This document shows positions 11,780 through 24,374 of a stretch of 37,833 bases of DNA, in pieces (within the stretch, counting starts at the first letter, position 1; every line of letters starts with the position of its first letter). The notes below the pieces were generated by a model that ran no database searches, was not told the origin of the DNA, and worked only from the letters and a program-made list of their open reading frames with translations. Location of the stretch: the NCBI RefSeq assembly GCF_006345805.1, contig NW_021835876.1, positions 1-37,833 of the forward strand, written 5' to 3'. The DNA comes from Octopus sinensis (taxonomy: Eukaryota). The position numbers and the translations under genes were made by a program.

Positions 11780-12282
11780 TGGCAAGCTGGCAGAAATGTT
11801 AGCAAAATTTTGGGCCTTGTGCCTAGAGTAGAAAAGATTATTTAAAGGCGGCGAGCTGGCATAAATGTTAGCACGCTAGGCAAAATGCTTAGTGGTATTT
11901 CATCTTCCACTGAAGTCAACTTTGCCTTTTAACCATTTTGGGGTCAATAAATTGAGTACCAATTGTGTACTGGGGTCAATCTAATCGACTGGCTCCCTTC
12001 CACCAAATTTTAGGCCTTGTTCCTAGAGTAGAAAAGAATATATTATTATATATTATTAGAAAAAGGTGGCGAGCTGGCAGAAACATTAGCACACTTGGTG
12101 AAATGCTTAGTGGTATTTTGTCTGTCTTTACTTTCAGAGTTCAAATTTTGCCGAGGTCGACTTTGCCTTTCATCCTTTCAGGGTCAATAAATCAAGTACC
12201 AGTTGCATACTGGGGTCGATCTAATTGACTGGCCTCCTCCTCAAAATTTCGGGCCTTGTGCCTAGAGTAGAAAAGAATATTC
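11780..12282 (+). mobile_element. Three head-to-tail SINE family B copies (first internally deleted)
   Basis: ggc(g)agctggca(g/t)aaa head at about 11781, 11848 and 12066; each copy ends ggccttgt(g/t)cctagagtagaaaaga. Confidence 0.8.
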
Positions 12283-12385
12283 CCCCATGACCTATGAACA
12301 CAATAGATTATATATGGCTGGATGCTCTTCCTGTTGCTAACCCTTGTTTTCATAGAGAGTTGCAAATGGATGACACCATTTCTAT

Positions 12386-12670
12386 GATGGAAGCAATGAC
12401 CAAGACCTTTGACGTTATGTCATGTTTAAGAAGAAGACCCATCAAGCTGAGCAAAATTGCAGTCGTGATGGATACAGTGCCATGCAAATTGGCACCCATG
12501 CCAGCGGCATGTAAAAGCACCCATTAAACTCTTGGGAGTGGTTGGTATTAGGAAGAGCATCAAGCTATAGAAAACCATTCCAAATCTGACAGGAGCTTCG
12601 TGCAACCTCCCAGCGTGCCAGCCAATGCCAGCATGGACAACAGACGTTAAATGACGATGATGATGATGAT
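12386..12670 (+). mobile_element. SINE family C
   Basis: gaagcaatgaccaagacctttg...ggaagagcatcaagctatagaaa...gacgttaaatgacgatgatgatgatgat. Confidence 0.8.
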
Positions 12671-13842
12671 GTTCTTTTACATTTAGTGTGTGATGTTAAG
12701 GCAAGGACACAACACACACATACTGACACATGACAGTTTTCAATTAAACTGTACTTATTCTCTAAATTTCAGGTCTTGTGCTTATGTTAGAAATCTTTGA
12801 TTGACTGTGTTGTTACATAGTTTACTCCTTAACCACACAGTTTTGGCTTCAATCCCACAGTGTGTACATTGGGCCAGTGACTTCCTCTGTATCCTCAATC
12901 CAGCTAAACGCTTGTCAATGGATTTGGTATATGGAAATTGAAAGAAGCCTGCCGTATGTGTATATATACACATATATATATCTCAGAGACATGCCACCTA
13001 GGTAGGCAAGATAGGCAGGGCCTACCTTGAATAAAATAGATCGATAGCAACATTTTCCTTTCATGGCAAAATATGTACCTAACTGAATAAAATTATAAAG
13101 GTTATTCAGATTGCTATGCATAAAATGCAAAATATTTAATTTTTTTTTGTAGATTAAGGTTGGCATAATTTGCCCCAGCTTTTCAATCTCAGTATTTAAG
13201 CTACACACAGTAATACTGTAGTATGTGTGCTGTGTACATTCCTACAATACTGTTTTCTTTACATGCTATAAAGGCAGAAGTAAATCTGTCTTCATGTCTG
13301 TGATGTGGCTGTGTTTCGCTTACTTTTTTTTTTTTTTACTACATAAATGTCACCAACTTCCTACCCTGAGTAATTACTGATATATATATATATATATATA
13401 TAAACAATTATAAATAAGGGCAAAACAGAAAAGATTTCTGTGCCAATATGCTGAGAATAGACTTTAAATTATAAATCACTACTTATAATATACATTACTA
13501 TGAATACACGGCATGCTGAAATCGAGGAAGGCAAGCTAATAGAATTTTTTTTTAAATGCGCTATCTCTATATTGAATCAATTTCAGGATTAATCCAATGG
13601 ATTTTTTCCCTCATCAGTAGAGAATATGATAAGAAATAAAGGAAATACTTACAAACACCCATGGAAAAAAGCAGAAGCAAGAATCATGTGTACACATAAG
13701 TACCCCAGTTATATCTAAATATAAAATTCCTTAGCGAGCCCCAGCACACGTCAGATCGGTCACACAAACCACAGCTTAGAGTGGTCACCAGTCTCGAAGT
13801 AATGGAATTAAGAAGTAAAGATATATATACACACACCACCAT

Positions 13843-14132
13843 GTGGCTTAGTGGATAGGGAGTTGCTCATGTGATCTACCATGTGTGATTTCAATTTCTA
13901 GACTGGGTGGTGTGTTGTTCTTGAGCAAAACATTTCATTTTGTGTTGCTATGCAATCATTTCGACACCTGACCTGTGGTTACACAGTATATCTGTTCAGG
14001 TGATGTCGATTTGATGGAGAGAGTGAGCTAATGTGTGGCACAGGCATTTGATCACTCTAAACAAATCATTTGTGCAGGTCGGTCAGCAAAAGCTGAACGC
14101 TCGTATATCGTCTTCGACGGGAGAGTTCGTCA
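13843..14132 (+). mobile_element. tRNA-head SINE (family D), diverged
   Basis: A box-like tggcttagtgg, degenerate B box atttcaatttc, CORE-like ttcttgagcaaaacatttc. Confidence 0.6.
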
Positions 14133-14843
14133 TGTTTGTGTGTGTGTTTGTTTCCTTGTCTTGACACGATGTGATAGTTCCAAGTACAGTGTGATCTCAA
14201 ATATAAACGCGTCCTCCCCGTCCCCTCTATTTGCATCTAAAAAGCAATAACGTATTTTATCCACACTTTATTTTTTTTTTGCTAGAGTGTAACACCATTC
14301 TCTTCACAAATTTTAACTCTTGATCTTTTGTATTAAATTTCTCACATTATACACAAACAAATAAGGTGGATATAAAGTCCTTCACACTGATGCGTACATA
14401 TTTACACAATATCTTTCAGATATTAATGACTATAATAGTTTGTAGTACAAAATATATTCAAATATTAGCTGTATACATAAAAAGAAACCTCTTCATTCAT
14501 ATAGTTATAGAGGGAGGAACACAATAACTTCTCAGAGATTGCCGGCTGTAATAGTTAATAAAATAATCTATATTAAAATATTACAGCACATCGATAGAAT
14601 TATATTTATTGATACGGGTACATAGCAACTGAGTTTCTTTCAGATGTTCTTAATACACAATATACTCAAAATTTGACCACAAATGTGAAATGTAATTTTC
14701 AGACCATAGGTACATAGCAACAGAATCTCTCTTTTAGATATCAGTGTGACTATAATAGTTTCCAGTATGAAATGCATTCACATATTACAGTTGTCAGTGA
14801 AAATATATTTTGCGTCTATTTGTTAACTTATTTACGTTATTTA

Positions 14844-15353
14844 CATATAAAGCTAGAAGAGTAACGGAAAGGGCAGGACATGCCCTTGTCCGTGAAAGGA
14901 TCCATTACAATCGTTGGAAAAAAACAGCAACTAAATAATTAAATCAAAGAGAGGTTATCTTAATTACTTAATGTAAATAATGTAAATAATGTACATAATT
15001 CCTCATCTCTTAAATATAGAACTGTATTATCTAAGTGGTACAAAGCCGACATTAGACTTCAATGGAGACTTATAGAGAAACTCCATCAAAAATTAGCTCG
15101 TCTTTCAAACCTTCTAACTTTCCTGTGTAGATGTAGCGACTCAAAGCTAATACCACCTTGAATATAAGGATGCCAGTGGATTCATATAAAGCTAGAAGAG
15201 TAGCAGAAAGGGTGGGAAATGCCCTTGTCCGTGAGAGGATCCATTGCAACTGTTGGAAAAAACATCAACTAAATAACGAAATCAAAGAGAGGTTATCTTC
15301 ATTACTTAATGTAAATAATGTAAATAATTCCTCATCTCTTAAATATAGAACTG
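14844..15353 (+). mobile_element. Two tandem non-autonomous Penelope-like (PLE) fragments, 14844-15025 and about 15031-15353
   Basis: Both contain catataaagctagaagagta...gcccttgtccgtga...atcaaagagaggttatct and end in the tail aatgtaaataatgt...ttcctcatctcttaaatatagaactg. Tandem arrangement is typical of PLEs. Confidence 0.7.
15033..15353 (+). pseudogene. N-terminal region of a Penelope-like ORF, frameshifted near 15158
   Basis: KWYKADIRLQWRLIEKLHQKLARLSNLLTFLCRCSDSKLIPP then LNIRMPVDSYKARRVAERVGNALVRERIH resembles the PLE N-terminal pattern (LAR..NHLTF..RC.D....P.GL.L..P.....A.RI..RA..ALLRERI), recognised from memory. Confidence 0.65.
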
Positions 15354-15359
15354 CACTTG

Positions 15360-15747
15360 TTAACTTTTAGCCATTTTGTTATCATTTTCCGTTAAAATAC
15401 ACTGCTTTTTTTTTCAGTTCATTTTGAAAAATAACAAAGAATTTGTTATAAAAAAATCTTTGTCATTATTTAAGCTCAAAACATGGAATTTTCATGAAAG
15501 GTTTTAATTTAAATTACTACCAAGATCACTATTTTAGTTAGCATTTGAACTGACCGTATCTGGCCCAGATATTCTATTTGTCTTAAGCTCAAAATCAACC
15601 AGATCCAATCTTCCACATTTATCCGACAATGTCATTCTACAAGTAAGCAATCACGTCTCAAAGCTACAAAATAATGCACGATTAATTCAAAGAAATGTCA
15701 ATAAATAAGAATTACATTTGACAGTAATCTGAGTGCTAAAGGATCAA
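15360..15747 (+). mobile_element. Two adjacent degenerate piggyBac-like MITEs
   Basis: 15360-15520 resembles the MITE at 32080-32307 (aataacaaagaattt...); 15538-15747 (ttagcattt...tgctaaagg) matches the split MITE at 16072-16555. Confidence 0.6.
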
Positions 15748-16071
15748 AACAAGTAGTTAATTTCATAGCACCAGGGGTGGTTGCAGGGGCTTTGTTTTTA
15801 AAGGAGTTAAATTATTGATTCCAATATTTTTCATCTCTGTTGTGATGGAATGCAAGAGGTGCAGGTGCACATCAAATGTCACTCTTGTATAATTCCTGTA
15901 TTAGTTAACCATTTATTTTAACATTCCTCTGTTAGCTATTCATAGTGTAAGTATGAAATAGTCTCAAGGCTATATTTTTCATCCTTATCTTATATAAAAC
16001 TCTTCACTGTTTCTCAATAAATAAATTTCCTGCAAATCGTACCTTTACAATCCTCTTGAAAAAGTGATACA

Positions 16072-16555
16072 TTAACCATCTAGCATTTAATCTGGCCATA
16101 TCAGGCTGAAATATTCTGCCTGTTTTATGTTCAAACTGGCCAGATCTGGCTTCTCGCACCTATCCTACAATCATCATCATATGTCCATGCTGGCATGCTG
16201 GAAGGCTGTGCCAGGCTCCAGTCTGACTTGGCATAGTTTTCTACGGCTGGATGCCCTTCCTAACACCAACTACTCTTATAGTGTAATGGGTGCTTTTACA
16301 TGCCACCGGCATGGGTGCCATCTGCATAACACAAGTATCTGCCGTGACTGATCTTGCTGGGCTTGATGGGTCTTATTAATGCCAAAGGTCTTAATCATTG
16401 CTTCCATGAGGCCCAATGCTCAAAAGGAACTCAGCCACTTTGCCTCTGTCTCACTAAAATATACAATCTCATTATCTGAAATCTTGAAGCTATGAGATAA
16501 TTCATGATTAATTCAAAACAATGTGAACAAATAAGCCTGAATGCTAAACGGTGAA
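16072..16555 (+). mobile_element. piggyBac-like MITE (TTAA-CC ends) split by a minus-strand family C SINE at about 16171-16455
   Basis: 5' part ttaaccatctagcatttaa...cctacaat; 3' part tacaatctc...gaatgctaaacggtgaa. TACAAT occurs at both junctions. Confidence 0.7.
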
Positions 16556-16898
16556 ATGATATAGTCCTTAATATACTATGTCTGAATAGAAAAGTTTTGG
16601 CAAAAACTCCTTTCATCAGAAGACCTCTGAATCAAGACTGACCTAGTATGAAACAACAATGCAGTTATTTACATTTGATGGATATTTGTCCTAATCTTGT
16701 TTGTGGGATGAAGTTAAAATAATAGAGAGAGAGCAGCACTGGAAAATATGAAAACTAAAAGCAGCAGCACATATGCTAGGACACAACAACCTCCTAAGCA
16801 AACCGAGTGCAGATATGAGCAGCATATGGGGACCGGTATTAAGAAAGGATGGGAAAATATTAGATTTATAAGCCCTAAACTTCACTCCATAATTGCCC

Positions 16899-17176
16899 AC
16901 GAGCATATGCTGTAGTAGTTAAGAGCACGGGCTACTAACCCCAAGATTCTGAGTTCAATTCCAGGCAGTGACCTGAATAATAATAATAATAATACCAACA
17001 ACATCGAAAAATACCTTAAGAATGAGAAACCCCGTTCGAAATTTCCCCCAAAACACCTGATGAAGGCTGGAGGGTATATCAGCCGAAATGCTGTGTTAAC
17101 AACAAACAAGATGAGGACAAATATCCATCGAATGTAAATAATGTTGATAATTCCTCTTCTCTTAAATATAGAACTG
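16899..17176 (+). mobile_element. tRNA-head SINE carrying a hammerhead motif and the PLE-type tail (copy 1)
   Basis: A box region gcatatgctgtagtagtt, anticodon-arm-like gggctactaaccc, B box gagttcaattcc, (AAT)n, hammerhead motif, tail at 17131-17176. Confidence 0.8.
17052..17097 (+). ncRNA. Minimal type I hammerhead ribozyme motif (probably inactive in this copy)
   Basis: aacac CTGATGA a ggctg-gagggtatat-cagcc GAAA tgct gtgtt: stem I aacac/gtgtt, intact CUGAUGA and GAAA, 5-bp stem II. Stem III reads TGCT where the 35028 copy reads CGTT. Confidence 0.7.
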
Positions 17177-17199
17177 AAGAATGGCAGTTTGAGTGATAG

Positions 17200-17475
17200 T
17201 TAAGTAGTGGTTACATAATAGTGGTGGTCTTGGTAGTGGCATAATCTAGGAAGTGATGGTGGAGGTGACGGTAGTGGTAGTTGTGTGATGGTAGTGGCAT
17301 GAGTGGTATGGGTAGTAGTGATAGTAGTTGCACAGGGGTGGTGGAAGTTAGATGGTGATGGTTGTGGTGGTAGTGGCAGTGGCAGCAGTTGGATGGAATT
17401 GGTGGCATCAGTAGTAGTTATATTCTGATGATGGTGGTGGTGGTGGTGGGGATGCTGATGATGGTGATAGATGAG
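17200..17475. repeat. Degenerate (GTG/GTA/GAT)n trinucleotide tract
   Basis: Direct inspection. Confidence 0.85.
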
Positions 17476-17699
17476 AATTTCAGTGATAGCATTTGTACTC
17501 TAAATCTAAGACGGAGCACCTGCTTATCTTTTAAGAGTCCCTGTTTAAAATGAATTATACACACTCATACACATGTGCACTGCACCACCACCACCACACA
17601 CACGTGCACGTTACAGTCAGATAAACGCACAAATCAGATAAGGGGCAAAATATCATTCCGTTGGTTAAGACTGTGAGGGTTTTAGTTGATTTGAATAAT

Positions 17700-17975
17700 G
17701 GACCCATCTGCTCATAAAATTAACATGCAAGTGGCTGAGCACTCCACAGACATGCGTTGCCCTTGATATAATTTCCAGGGAGATTCAGCATGACACAGAA
17801 TGCAACAATGCTGACCCTTTCCATAATGGGTACAGCTCAATCTTGCTAGCCGAGAGGATTGTAACAGTGTGAAGTAAAATGCCTTACTCAAGCACACAAC
17901 TCACATCCAAGAATTGAACTCCTAGCCTTACGATTGTAAGACGAATACCCTAACATCTAAGCCACACACCTTCAC
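17700..17975 (-). mobile_element. tRNA-head SINE (family E)
   Basis: Reverse complement begins gtgaaggtgtgtggcttagatg...gagttcaattcttgg; matches 32870-33182. Confidence 0.75.
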
Positions 17976-18064
17976 AGATAAGAGGCACACAGATGTTGGA
18001 AAACACACACATATGTGCATTCACAAACACACCTTAAGAAACACAGAAACATCACAACACTGGT

Positions 18065-18112
<48 letters not shown>

Positions 18113-18824
18113 TCAGAACATGTCATAGCCAAGGGGCATAACTCAGTATGATGAGACATTTTGGAAGAAGCGTGACTGCTTGCTCAACTTGGCAAATCAT
18201 ACCATGCTTATCTCCCTCCAGCATATAACAAGAAGGCCATCATCATTATAATTAACAGTTAATGTCCAATTTTGTTTGCATTGTATTGGCCAATTGGAAT
18301 TTTTGCTGATTTTTCTATGATTGAATGGCCTTCCTGTTGCCATTCTTCATTTATTTCCTTATAAAGTTAATTTCTTTGACATTCTTGTCAAAGCTATCAG
18401 GAATATTTGTAGTGTATTGAGAACTGCATAATCATATATACCTTTCTGTGCATATACCAGATTTAGAATAGAAACCCTCTGCATGTTTGTTGTAAGAAAC
18501 CACTAAAAGCTTTCACAACTCATAGGAGCATGCTGACCATAATACTACATCATAGAAAACCTGCCCATCACTTTCCAGTATGGAAAAGAACCATATGAAA
18601 ACAATAGTGTGATTTTAAGTAGATTTGGCTACCATGTCTTGCAGATAAGGTGGATCACTACTTAAAAGTCTCCATCACTCTCTAAAGGTTTATAATGTTT
18701 TGACAGCTTTCCTTGTCTTGTCTACTCTCATCCTTAATGTCATAGCTAAGGGACCATTGATGCATGCACCATCTCTGTCTATCAGTTCCTGTCTCTGGCC
18801 TTAGTTGTGCATTCTAGCACAAAA

Positions 18825-19333
18825 CTAAACTGTTAATATATGAATGCGAAAGAGATAGTTGAATAACTGTAAACCTACTTTGAAGCTCAAAGCATTTGAA
18901 ACATGTTACTGAAAAGAACTGGGATTAGCTGGACTGACCATCACACGAATGAGTCAGACTTGATGAAATGGGAGCTGAATAAGAATTTTTGGCAACTGTT
19001 AAGAAGAGAATGGAATATTATTTGGCATGTCATCAGGGCCAGGACCTTAGCACCCATATATATATATATATTCTAGCTAGAAGACTTCCTCTAATATATG
19101 GGTGCTAAGGTCCTGGCCCTGATGACATGCCCAAAATAATATTCCATTCTCTTCTTAACAGTTGCCAAAAATTCTTATTCAGCTCCCATTTCATCAAGTC
19201 TGACTCATTCGTGTGATGGTCAGTCCAGCTAATCCTCAGTTCTTTTCAGTAACATGTTTCAAATGCTTTGAGCTTCAAAGTAGGTTTACAGTTATTCAAC
19301 TATCTCTTTCGCATTCATATATTAACAGTTTAG
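18825..19333. repeat. Near-perfect long inverted repeat (237 and 240 bp arms, 32-nt loop) made of an RTE LINE C-terminal remnant
   Basis: 18825-19061 equals the reverse complement of 19094-19333 except for three 1-bp indels. The left arm translates KLKAFETCY*KELGISWTDHHTNE...HVIRA, like the RTE AFEMWC..RMLKISWTD..TNE...GHV.R motif. Confidence 0.9.
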
Positions 19334-20289
19334 ATCTTAATCATAAAAAAATTGAAACCATTATTCTATGCTAATTTAGTTAATTTTGTCAAGCTCCTTT
19401 TTCAGTTTGTAAGATACAGATTTAAATGTAATGTTTTTTTAAAAAGAAATTTAAAATGTCAATGCGATAACTGTAAATCTACTTTTGGGCCTGCATGTAT
19501 ATATACACGTGTGTATACGGGTGTGTGTATATATATATATAATATATTAATAAATAAAATAAAACATATGCATATATATAAACATATATGTATGTACCTA
19601 CCTCTACATGTACATATACACACATATATGAGTACAGGACACCAAAAAGGACGTCGAACACAATGAGAAACGAAAACATAGTCACAAACCAAAGGAACTG
19701 GACATTTGTTTAAAAACAGCAATATATATATACACACACATTGATGTATGTTTGTGTGTATATATACATATTCACACCTATGCATGCATATACACAAATA
19801 AGGTATATGGACTTCTGTTTGCATGTAGTTTCTGTTTTCCTTAAAGCTGATGTGTGTGTGTGTATATATATATATGTATGTATGTATATATAATAGACAT
19901 TTGCAATCTTGCTTTTTATGCTTTCAACTCTTTTCCCCTTTCAAGCACACACGGTTACATGGGTGGGTGTGTGGGTGCTTGTGTCATCATCATCATCGTC
20001 GTTTAACGTCTGTTCTCCATGCTAGCATGGGTTGGACTATAGTGTGCATCTACAAAATCCCCCTCCTCTACGAACTTACCCAAACATTATTTTTAAGTGG
20101 CTTCTGAAAAAATTTGAACTTTAGGTATTGCTTGCTGGGTGTGGCCAGTGTGTGTATTGGTGTGGGGGTGGGCAGGGTGATGAACAGTTCAAGGAGAGCA
20201 TGGTTTTAAAATATAAATTTCTCTTTCCCTCTTTCAAAGTAAATAAATAACTAAATAAATGAGTTTTATTATCAGGGCAATATGTATTT

Positions 20290-20632
20290 GCATGTGAGTG
20301 TGTGTGTTTGTGTATGTGTATATACGTGTGTGTATATGTAAGTATTTGTGTGTTTGGGTATATGTGTGTGCCTGTGCGTAAGTATTTGTGTGTGTGTGTG
20401 TGTGTGTCTAAGATTTTGTAAGTATTTGTTTTTGTGTATATATGTGTGTGTATATGTATGTATACACGTATGTGTGTGTGGCTTCCTATATATGAATATA
20501 GGTAAATGTGTGTCTGTAAATATGTGTGTATATATATATGTGTGTGTTTCTATATGTATATGTGTGTGTGTCTATATGTATATATATATATATATGTGTG
20601 TGTGTCTATATGTAGATATATATATGTGTGTG

Positions 20633-20685
<53 letters not shown>

Positions 20686-21086
20686 CTGTATATGTGTATA
20701 TATATATATATGTGTGTGTGTGTCTGTATATGTGTATATATATATATATGTGTGTGTGTGTCTGTATATGTGTATATATATATATGTGTGTGTGTGTCTG
20801 TATATGTGTATATATATATTGTGTGTGTGTGTGGCTTCATATGTATGAATATAGATAAATGTACGGCTGTAAATATATGTATATATATATATATATATAT
20901 ATCTGTGCGTCTGTATATGTATGTATATATATATATGTGTGTGTGCGTTATGTGTCTATATATATATGTGTGTGTTTGTGTATATAATATCTACATATGT
21001 GTATATATATGTGAGTGTGTGTATATATATATATATATATCTGCATATGTGTTCATATATGTGTGTGTGTCTGTGTGTGTGTATTT

Positions 21087-21125
<39 letters not shown>

Positions 21126-21623
21126 TACATACACACACATGCACACAGCCCTTTTCATTGCTAGTTTTTGGGTAAAAGATAGGAAGTGCCTGCTTAAAGA
21201 AGAAACTAAAAATCAAGATTAAAAAACATATAAAAGAGTCTAAAAACATTCTGAAAGTTGATGGGGTGAAGAGTAGGTGGTGGTGGGGCTTGTGGTAACA
21301 CACTCTATCTTTTCTTATGCAGATGCTGTGGGGGTGGAGAGCGAAGGGGGTGAAGGGAGAGATGGCTGGGTGGGGGTGGTAGTAAGTATATTTGGTGCTG
21401 CTTTATTTTTGTTGTGATAGGGGTTTGGGGGAGAAAGTGTGTGTGTGTGTGTGCTGTAAATGCAAAGTAAGGAGTAAAAGATAAGGGACATATATGTTGT
21501 GTCTGTATGTGTGTGTGTACATATGTGTATATATTTGTGAATATTTCTATGTATGAATGTGTATGTGTATATGTCTGTACGTGTGTGTGTGTGTGTATAT
21601 GTAAATATCTCTGTATATGTGTT

Positions 21624-21664
<41 letters not shown>

Positions 21665-21719
21665 AAATGTGTGTATATATGTGTTTGTGTATATGTGTGT
21701 GTTTAAATATATGTTTGGT

Positions 21720-21756
<37 letters not shown>

Positions 21757-21800
21757 GTGCATGCGTCTGTATGTGTATATGAATATATGTGTGTCTGTAA

Positions 21801-21841
<41 letters not shown>

Positions 21842-21876
21842 CATGTGTGGCTATGTGTATATATATGTGTGTGTGG

Positions 21877-21931
<55 letters not shown>

Positions 21932-22000
21932 TATATATATGCATATAAGTGTGTGTATGTATGTATATACATACATATCTATCTATATATATATAATGTT
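20290..22000. repeat. Large compound (TG)/(TA)/(CA) microsatellite block
   Basis: Direct inspection; source of many spurious ORFs. Confidence 0.95.
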
Positions 22001-22749
22001 AAAGGAAAGCCCCCAGCCTAAGAAGTGCAATTTAGTTTTCCCCCCTCCCCTCTATCTTAAAAAGCTTGATCCTCTCAGTTATTTTCCTGCTAACTCCCTA
22101 ACTACACTATCTTAATCTCTTCCACCTATGAAACTAAACAAACAAAATGCTGTAAAGGTTAGATTGCTGGGTCTGGTTTATGTGCCTGTCATCAGAACAC
22201 TAGATACTGAACCACCAATACCAACATCAAACACCACTACCACCACTACCAGAATAGGACTGTCTTCACTATCACCATTATCATCTCCATCTCCACACCA
22301 CCACCACCACCACCACCAAAATCATCTCCAAGACCAGCACCATTTTACCACCATCTCAGCTTTACAGTTTGACCTCTACAAAGAAATAGCAGCTAAGAAT
22401 GTTCCTTAAATCAAATTCTGCTGTCTTGAAGGAACTCACACACACACACACACACACACATATACATTCAATATAATGTACCCTTAACTTCTCTTCTGGT
22501 TAACCTTTCTTTATAAAACACTGCCCTCCAGATAAAAAGAAATATTTAAGAGCTTCTATAAATGTTAGTGCTTGTCTGGTTTATGAGCTGTCATTGAAAC
22601 ACTCCACCATTAAGTATAACATCACCACCTATACCACCACCACCACAATTTGTCATCAAAACATAAAATGGCAAACTAGTCACACAACTACCAAACAACC
22701 ATGTTAAGGATCCTCTTGCAAGAAATAGCAGCCAAATCTCTTTGAAATC

Positions 22750-23248
22750 AGGGTTGGCTGTGTGGTAAGAAGCTTGTTTCCCAACCACATGGTTCCAGGT
22801 TCAGTCTCACTGCATTGCACCTTGGGCAAATGTCTTCTACTGTAGCTTTGGGCCAACTATGTGTTTATGTAGATGCTTGTGTGTGTGTGTGTGTATATGT
22901 AGATGTGCGTGTGTATATGTAGATGTGTGTGTCTGTATGTAGATGTGTGTGTCTGTATGTAGATGTGTGTGTCTGTATGTAGATCTGTGTGTGTATGTAG
23001 ATGTGAGTGTGTGTGTGTATGTATATGTATGGGTTTGCGTCTGTGTTTGTATCCCCACCATCGCTTGACAACCAATGTTAGTGTGTGGACGCCCCCTCCC
23101 CGTAACTTAACAGCTTGGCAAAAGTGACTGATAGAATAAGTACTAGGCTTACTAAGAACAGGTCCTGGGGTCGATTTGTTTGACTAAAGGTGGTACTTCA
23201 GCATGGCCACAGTCAAATGACTGGAGTAAAAAACAAAAAAAAAGAATA
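22750..23248 (+). mobile_element. SINE family A with internal deletion and an expanded ~20-bp unit (GTAGATGTGTGTGTCTGTAT)
   Basis: Head and tail are colinear with 7148-7562; the aaagccttgtgagtggatttgg segment is missing. Confidence 0.8.
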
Positions 23249-23475
23249 CCATCTAAGTAAAGTGGAAAAAAAAATCTCAGAGAAGGACACAATGGAATAT
23301 GTAATCTTAATCATCATCATTGTCACCACATTCCTTAATGTCATCATAGAGGCATGTGTCACTTAAGTTTTCTGAGGCAAATGACCTGTTGTGTTTTTAC
23401 AAACACTGCAATAAAAATCTGTGGGTGTCTATGTGTATCCATAAATGTCTGTGTTTGGAAAAATAGAAAACAATC

Positions 23476-23815
<340 letters not shown>

Positions 23816-23821
23816 CTATAT

Positions 23822-23984
23822 AGGCATAGGAGTAGGTGTGTGGTAAGTAACTTGCTTACAAACCACATGGTTCTGGGTTCAGTCCCACTGCGTGGCACCT
23901 TGAGGGACTGTCTTCTACTATAGCCTCGGGTCGACCAAAGCCTTGTGAGTGGATTTGGTCGGTGGAAACTGAAAGAAGCCCATC
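23822..23984 (+). mobile_element. SINE family A, 5' half
   Basis: aggcataggagtaggtgtgtggtaagtaac...gggttcagtcccactgcgtggcacc...gaaagaagccc. Confidence 0.85.
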
Positions 23985-24374
23985 TCTCCAGACACAACAG
24001 TGTATATATATATATATATATATATATAGTTGTATTTGGAGATGGTCATGTTGCCAGTTTAGCCTCTCTCTCTCTAATATATATATATATTAGCATACAG
24101 GCAAGAAAGTATATCTATCTATATATAAAGTCAACATTTGTTTACCAAATTATCCTGATAACTCTATACGAAATTAATCTATTAAACATATTGATAAATC
24201 CTTAAGTAGTAATAATCACTGTATTATAAAAGATGTGTTTTTTCAATAGAACTTGAGTATTTCAAATATAATACAAACAGCAAATAATTCATGTGGATTT
24301 AGTGCAAACCATTATATATATCATACATTTCTTTATGATTATAAAGTTTATAATATATTCAGAGTACACTGTCT

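Noticed and set aside
13576-13730. Possible exons on both strands around a minus-strand GTAAGT donor near 13650
   Set aside because: Open frames give unrecognisable peptides and weak acceptors.
16899-16975. tRNA gene with ACT anticodon
   Set aside because: No acceptor stem; it runs into a SINE body, so it is a tRNA-derived head, not a tRNA gene.
20338-20430. Three GTAAGT donor motifs within TG repeats
   Set aside because: Explained by local ~40-bp duplication in a microsatellite; no upstream acceptor or exon.
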